This document shows positions 27,073 to 32,000 of a stretch of DNA of 32,000 nucleotides, piece by piece. The stretch lies in contig DAOVER010000001.1 of NCBI GenBank assembly GCA_030668875.1, positions 84,486 through 116,485 of the forward strand. Reading direction: 5' to 3'. The notes under the pieces are model-generated. The model worked only from the letters and a program-made list of their open reading frames with translations. It was not told where the DNA came from and did no database searches. The position numbers and the translations under genes were made by a program. Origin of the DNA: Candidatus Heimdallarchaeota archaeon. GTDB taxonomy: Archaea > Asgardarchaeota > Heimdallarchaeia > Heimdallarchaeales > Heimdallarchaeaceae. Numbering within the stretch: position 1 is the stretch's first letter; each line of letters opens with the position of its first letter.

Positions 27073-29991
27073 TTATTGCTTAGGGTACACCTTGGAAAAC
27101 CTGATCTTTAAAACTGGGACAAGAACAATGGTAACGAAGATGAATAAAATAATTCCTGTGGTTATTTGTTGAATTAATGGGAGTTGTTCCCACAATAAAA
27201 CATTACAGAAAATCTCATTTCGACCATCCGTTATAGTATGGTTTTCAAGTCCTAATGGCACATAAATCGTATGCATGCCATATTGTTTAAGAGTTATAGT
27301 TGTCTCATATTTGAGATTCTCTCCATTAAACAGCAAAATAATATGACTAAATGAGCTGTCTGGATGTAGTATGGTTGCATATACTCGATCATCAGGTAAA
27401 AAGACTACCGACTCATCTTTATCTTTGATATCGATTCTTATCCTAAACTGTTCTCGTATTAGAACCTCACTTGTGTCTGACTGTACATTTATTGAAGGTC
27501 GATGTGTATTTATTAACCAGCTAAATGTGTCATTGACCAGCTGAAGGTTGTTAGAATCTTGTGCTAGCACGTGTCTATAACTTTTGTCCAAACCCACGCG
27601 AAGAGGATTAAGCTCCATAGAATCTACAATTAGTCCTAAATCTGTAAATGGAAATCCTGAACCAAACATTATCACTTTTCCTAGTCCAATGCTTGTAGAT
27701 AATGCTGCATTGAATAATATTGCTTCCCCAGCAATCTCTGCACTAAAGGTGGCAACTACTTTGTTCTCAAGATTTTCATCTGAAGTAAACCTTAGAGGCC
27801 ATCCCCAAAATAGAAATGAATCAGTTGAAATGAAATCAATGTCCATTTGTATATTACCATAATATGGGACATAATCAATTGGCACGGTATTTCCTACACT
27901 TGCGTTAAATAATTCTAAAATCTGATTGCAAGCATAATAGTTGCTTGATAGTATTGGATCATCTTCAACATTATCAACCTCGATATATCTATGGCTATTG
28001 ATTAGAAACAGCAAAGATCCTCCTGATGAAATAAAGTCATATATTTTGTTTAATTCATCAATAGTATAATTTAATTCAGGGTCGGAAATCACTAATATCT
28101 CGGTAGAATTTAGATTAAGTGACCCTTCATTCTGATATGAAACTTGATATCCTCTGTCCTTTAGAATTCTCGATGTCAAACTATGAGCTCCAAAGGGTGT
28201 GGATGCATCAAACCATTTGTTATCTGTTGAATTCTCGTGAGAGATATCAAATAAAACATTACCTCCATGGTATCTGGTTTGAATTTGAATATCCAATTTA
28301 CTAGTTACATCTTCATCATTAGAAAATTCAATTGATGAGATGATGTTAGTAATTCTTTGTGCTAAAGGTAAACTAATGTTAAATGAAATATGGTTCCACC
28401 CAGCTGTAATCTCGAAATAATCTGCTATTTGTATATTGCTGGGATATCTAAGGACATTAGCGTATATCGTCTGATCACTTGATGAGATAAGTTTAATCTT
28501 AAATTCTGTTGTCATGCCTTGCACACATTCATAAAAATAAATGTTTTCAGGTGATACTCTTCTTGGATTAATTGAAAAAACATCTGATCCTTGATTATCA
28601 ATTATATATTGATATGCTTCATATGGATTAATGATTCCATTGCCTTGAGCTATTATAGGCGCATAGATGTCATTAGCGGTTTCGAAGAGTGCAGTTTCAT
28701 AAACATGCAAACTTGAATCAGGAAATGCTTCCATTAATAGTGCAATAACTCCTGCAACGATTGGGGCTGAGACTGATGTACCAGAAACATATCTTATACC
28801 ACCATTAGAAGCATCGCTTCCGCCAATAGAATTACCAGGGGCAATAATATCTACGCCTACAGAGAAATTCATATTTAGACCTCTAGAAGAATACACTGCT
28901 AGATTGTTCAAATCACTTGAAGCCCCAACAGATATTACATAATCCCACAAGGCTGGTGCTCCAACTGAGTTTCCAGATGGTCCATAATTACCTGCAGAAG
29001 CAACTACAGGTATTCCTCTTCTCCCAGCTTCATACATTAATTCCTCAATTGGATCTCCAATTGAAGCGAAAGTTACAGAAGTTAGGCTTGCTGAGATAAT
29101 ATCAACATTTTTACCTATAGCGTATGAAAAACCATCAATTAACCAAGTATCTTCACCAAATCCATTCTTATCTAGCACTTTAATATTAACAATACTCGCA
29201 TCAGGTGCGATACCATAATTATTGGTTTGAACAACACCTTGTCCTGAGGTATACTTACCATTGCCTGCGAGTACAGAAACGATATGTGTTCCATGACCGC
29301 TCAAATCATTTATATCTTCAGACATATTCGCTGAAACCCAAGCTGTTGCAATCTTATCTTCATCCTCGTAATGAAGAAGTGACTGTAGTGAGTGTGCAAT
29401 AGACTGGTTCACCCCACTGTCTAAAACTGCAACTGTAATACCATACCCAAAATGGCCCTCTTCATGAATTTTATCAATTTCAAGTGCTTGTCTGATTTCT
29501 GAAAGTTCTGTCTGACCTGATAGACCAATGTCAATATTTTGAGGAACTGAATATGAGTTTGTTCCGATAGGATAGACGTATTTTATCCTGAAGTCATCGA
29601 AATTCAGATTTGAAATTTGATTTGAATTGTATATGATTGTTATTGCTGGAATAACTTTGTTGACCTCTTCGATAAATAAACCATTTCTCGTTGCATATTC
29701 TTGAAAACTATTCCTTTCTTCAAAACTAAAAAATGAAATGAATGCTCTATTGTTGAAATCCATTAATTTTATTTTAACAGATTTAGAACTCATAGGTTCC
29801 TTCCATCTTTCTTTTAGCATATTTGTTGCTTTACCTTTTTCTAAGTTCGATTTTAGTAAGTCTGACAAATCTTCAAAATAACTAGGCATATCTTGCGTGT
29901 TGTCAGTATTTTGTGCTAGTACAGAGTTTATAGTACTAAAAGGGAATAGAAACAAAATAAAAATTGTAAGGAATAATGGTTTTTTTTCCAT
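27073..29991 (-). CDS. Membrane-anchored S8 subtilisin-like serine protease with Site-1 protease-like architecture (prodomain, S8, beta domain, GIFT-like domain, TM)
   Basis: Signal peptide. Triad VAVLDSG / GHGTH / SGTSVSAP with oxyanion SAGNYGP. VLFDISHE..LKDRGYQV..ILVISDPE..YTIDEL..GGSLL domain. C-terminal TM. Confidence 0.88.
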   Translation of the reverse strand: MEKKPLFLTIFILFLFPFSTINSVLAQNTDNTQDMPSYFEDLSDLLKSNLEKGKATNMLKERWKEPMSSKSVKIKLMDFNNRAFISFFSFEERNSFQEYATRNGLFIEEVNKVIPAITIIYNSNQISNLNFDDFRIKYVYPIGTNSYSVPQNIDIGLSGQTELSEIRQALEIDKIHEEGHFGYGITVAVLDSGVNQSIAHSLQSLLHYEDEDKIATAWVSANMSEDINDLSGHGTHIVSVLAGNGKYTSGQGVVQTNNYGIAPDASIVNIKVLDKNGFGEDTWLIDGFSYAIGKNVDIISASLTSVTFASIGDPIEELMYEAGRRGIPVVASAGNYGPSGNSVGAPALWDYVISVGASSDLNNLAVYSSRGLNMNFSVGVDIIAPGNSIGGSDASNGGIRYVSGTSVSAPIVAGVIALLMEAFPDSSLHVYETALFETANDIYAPIIAQGNGIINPYEAYQYIIDNQGSDVFSINPRRVSPENIYFYECVQGMTTEFKIKLISSSDQTIYANVLRYPSNIQIADYFEITAGWNHISFNISLPLAQRITNIISSIEFSNDEDVTSKLDIQIQTRYHGGNVLFDISHENSTDNKWFDASTPFGAHSLTSRILKDRGYQVSYQNEGSLNLNSTEILVISDPELNYTIDELNKIYDFISSGGSLLFLINSHRYIEVDNVEDDPILSSNYYACNQILELFNASVGNTVPIDYVPYYGNIQMDIDFISTDSFLFWGWPLRFTSDENLENKVVATFSAEIAGEAILFNAALSTSIGLGKVIMFGSGFPFTDLGLIVDSMELNPLRVGLDKSYRHVLAQDSNNLQLVNDTFSWLINTHRPSINVQSDTSEVLIREQFRIRIDIKDKDESVVFLPDDRVYATILHPDSSFSHIILLFNGENLKYETTITLKQYGMHTIYVPLGLENHTITDGRNEIFCNVLLWEQLPLIQQITTGIILFIFVTIVLVPVLKIRFSKVYPKQ

Positions 29992-30157
29992 ACATTAGAA
30001 ATAAGCTTATCGCTTTTAGATTTTTCTCTAGTATTATAGAGTAAATGTCTATTATTTGTCGGATGAATTACAATCCAGATAACAAATTTCTTAATTGTCT
30101 TTCTAATGGAAACTCTTATATTTCAAAAATATCGATGGCTTTCAAGGTGAAATAACA

Positions 30158-30559
30158 ATGCCCTCTCAATGGTTAAAAAGGTCCCGAAAGAAACTATCTG
30201 GTGGTTTGATTAGACAAGCAGCATCAAAGAAAAAAAGAGATCTGGGACGTTATCCAGCAGAAACTCATATTGGTACTAGAAAACTCAAAAGTATCAGAAC
30301 AAGAGGTGGAAATAGCAAATACCGCGTTTTAACTGATGAGTTTGCTAATGTTTTAGATCAGTCATCTGGTATTTCACAAAAATCAAAAATTCTCAACGTT
30401 TTAGAAAACAGAGCTAATCGTGAATATGCAAGAAGACGTATTATTACAAAAGGATGTGTTTTAGATACTGAACTTGGAAAAGTACGTGTCACAAGCAGAC
30501 CTGGTCAACATGGGATCATTAGCGGTGTTTTAATAGAGAAGAAAGACCTAGAAAAATAA
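30158..30559 (+). CDS. rps8e: Ribosomal protein eS8
   Basis: RSRKKLSGG, RTRGGN, YARRRIITKG, VTSRPGQHG. Confidence 0.97.
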   Translation: MPSQWLKRSRKKLSGGLIRQAASKKKRDLGRYPAETHIGTRKLKSIRTRGGNSKYRVLTDEFANVLDQSSGISQKSKILNVLENRANREYARRRIITKGCVLDTELGKVRVTSRPGQHGIISGVLIEKKDLEK

Positions 30560-30603
30560 TCTCTTCCAAATATTTTTAATAATTAATTTACAAAGGCTAT
30601 ATC

Positions 30604-30951
30604 ATGTTGCGGAAAACTCGCTCTTTTGTTCTATATCCAGAATATTTTGAGAGGAAGTTATCAAAGAAAGGTGGTAGAAGAGTACCTAAAAGCAAAGCAG
30701 TTGAAGGGTGCAATTTATCCAAAATAGCTTATGCTTGCAAACATCTTGAATTAAATTACAAAATAGAGAAAGACAAACAATATTCTAAAAACTGGTGGGA
30801 AAGTGAAGGAAGGATTGTAGTTGATCCTGAAGGTGTCACTAATAAAACTGAATTAATCAGAAGAATTGCCAATGTTGCCAGAAAATTAAAAAAAGTTGAA
30901 AAGCCTTCACAGAAAAAGGTAAAGGGTAAACCAAAACAACAGAGAAAATAA
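30604..30951 (+). CDS. srp19: Signal recognition particle 19 kDa protein
   Basis: VLYPEYF..LSKKGGRRVPK.KAV, KQYSKNWWESEGRIVV, KTELIRRIA. Confidence 0.92.
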   Translation: MLRKTRSFVLYPEYFERKLSKKGGRRVPKSKAVEGCNLSKIAYACKHLELNYKIEKDKQYSKNWWESEGRIVVDPEGVTNKTELIRRIANVARKLKKVEKPSQKKVKGKPKQQRK

Positions 30952-30987
30952 TTATTTTCAATAAACTGAATCTTGGAGTTGTAAATT

Positions 30988-31302
30988 TTGGATCAGTCGA
31001 GAATAAAGAAAATAGGAAAAGTTTTGCATAGGAGTGATTTAGGTCATGCTATCCTTAAAGATCCACCAAAGTTACCCAAAATAGGATCAGATGTTGTTAA
31101 TGAAAACATGGAACATATAGGTATCGTAAATGATATCTTTGGACCTGTAAAGGAACCATATGTTAGTGTGAAAGTGAAAAAAGAGTGGGACGAAAGAATT
31201 ACATCTGATACAATGTTATATGTTATAGACAAAAGAAGATCTGATGTAAGGCGGAGAAAAAGAAAAAGCTCATCAAAGCCTTACAGTAAATCACGAAAAT
31301 AG
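30988..31302 (+). CDS. gar1: H/ACA RNP protein Gar1
   Basis: KIGKVLH, PKIGSDVVNE..EHIGIVNDIFGPVKEPYVSVK. TTG start; basic tail. Confidence 0.9.
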   Translation: MDQSRIKKIGKVLHRSDLGHAILKDPPKLPKIGSDVVNENMEHIGIVNDIFGPVKEPYVSVKVKKEWDERITSDTMLYVIDKRRSDVRRRKRKSSSKPYSKSRK

Positions 31303-31513
31303 ATTCTATAAAACATAAATTTTTCGGTTTATGTCGGATAGATTTTCAACAATTTCTTGCTATTGTTATGAAGGCTCGATTAAATTTTTTTTCGAACGGT
31401 ATCAACACTTAAATATGGTAAAAGGGAATGTATTATTTGAAGATTTACAGTTTGAATTTGGGCTATTGTGTTTTGAAAACTTAGGAGTGCAGATTCGATA
31501 TTTGTAATATGGT

Positions 31514-31978
31514 GTGATGAAGATGATCCCGACACAGAGGATAAAAATTGAAAGGAACTATAGCAGTGCATTGGGGGATGAAATTGTAGAGCTAATAGGT
31601 CGTACATCGAGCAAACAATTACTATATAGAGAAGTACTTGATTTATTAGGTCAACATGAATCAATCAAGCTAAAGATTGATGAATTACTATATTCGAATA
31701 TGATACTAAAAATTCCAATAAAAATTGGAAATGTTAAAGATTATGTATTAACAATTCCAAAGAAGGAAGAAACAGGTTGGTTAACAATAGCATGTCCATG
31801 TTTTACTTGTGATAGAACTGATGAATGTGGTGTAAATAATCCAGTTAATCCAGTTTCATGCAGATCATTTAACGAATGGTTAATAGAAGAAGATGGAACA
31901 GATAAAATTCAAGTGTTTAGATTCGTGGAATTTGACATCTTAGATGAAGATGATAATATACGAATTCCAATGAAGTAA
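31514..31978 (+). CDS. TFE-beta / RNA polymerase III RPC34(RPC39)-like protein: winged helix + [4Fe-4S] domain
   Basis: C-x2-C-x5-C-x10-C motif (PCFTCDRTDECGVNNPVNPVSC..FNEW) has the RPC39/TFE-beta Fe-S spacing. Preceding segment is wHTH-like. Confidence 0.8.
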   Translation: MMKMIPTQRIKIERNYSSALGDEIVELIGRTSSKQLLYREVLDLLGQHESIKLKIDELLYSNMILKIPIKIGNVKDYVLTIPKKEETGWLTIACPCFTCDRTDECGVNNPVNPVSCRSFNEWLIEEDGTDKIQVFRFVEFDILDEDDNIRIPMK

Positions 31979-32000
31979 TTTTTTCTTGATAAGCAAGTTT

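Noticed and set aside
26653-29991. S1P-like protease and downstream wHTH gene as a protease/substrate (SREBP-like) pair
   Set aside because: The wHTH protein has no TM segment and has its own TATA promoter, so adjacency alone does not support a link.
538-31302. Numerous short antisense or nested ORFs in the track (e.g. 538-828, 7526-7852, 13591-13890, 15052-15429, 17548-17949, 25647-26051, 27584-27862, 31044-31232)
   Set aside because: They lie opposite to or within well-supported genes and have shadow-ORF composition.
31415-31507. 30-codon ORF in frame with the TFE-beta-like gene, separated by a single TAA (31505-31507); possible readthrough or nonsense mutation
   Set aside because: The peptide shows no resemblance to TFE-beta/RPC34, TAA is not a recoded stop, and the downstream ORF already has typical length.
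1-32000. CRISPR arrays, tRNA/rRNA genes, transposases, integrases, selenoprotein/SECIS signals
   Set aside because: None seen on reading: no regularly spaced repeats, no T-loop/cloverleaf patterns, and no in-frame TGA interrupting a recognised gene.

Overview
AT-rich, gene-dense archaeal chromosomal window. The gene set (rpS30e, fibrillarin/Nop5, Gar1, SRP19, rpS8e, Elp3, TFE-beta/RPC34-like, PAC2, SCP2) suggests an Asgard archaeon, probably Heimdallarchaeia (inference; no search run). The left two-thirds (1-20.6 kb) holds transport, lipid and envelope genes: an Fe3+/thiamine-type ABC permease carrying LVIVD repeats, a transglutaminase-like protein, a GIFT-like surface protein, bacterial-type PGK, a prenol-kinase/DUF92 fusion, a GT4 glycosyltransferase, an M20 amidohydrolase, a flavin reductase-ferredoxin-SCP2 operon, a P1B ATPase, a circularly permuted OppA-like binding protein and PAC2. 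The right third is an information-processing cluster interrupted by a membrane-anchored subtilase whose domain architecture resembles eukaryotic Site-1 protease (S1P/SKI-1). A ~290-nt structured intergenic segment with its own promoter (20.79-21.09 kb) looks like an ncRNA that I could not assign to SRP or RNase P RNA. I saw no CRISPR array, tRNA, rRNA or mobile element. All family calls come from motifs read by eye.
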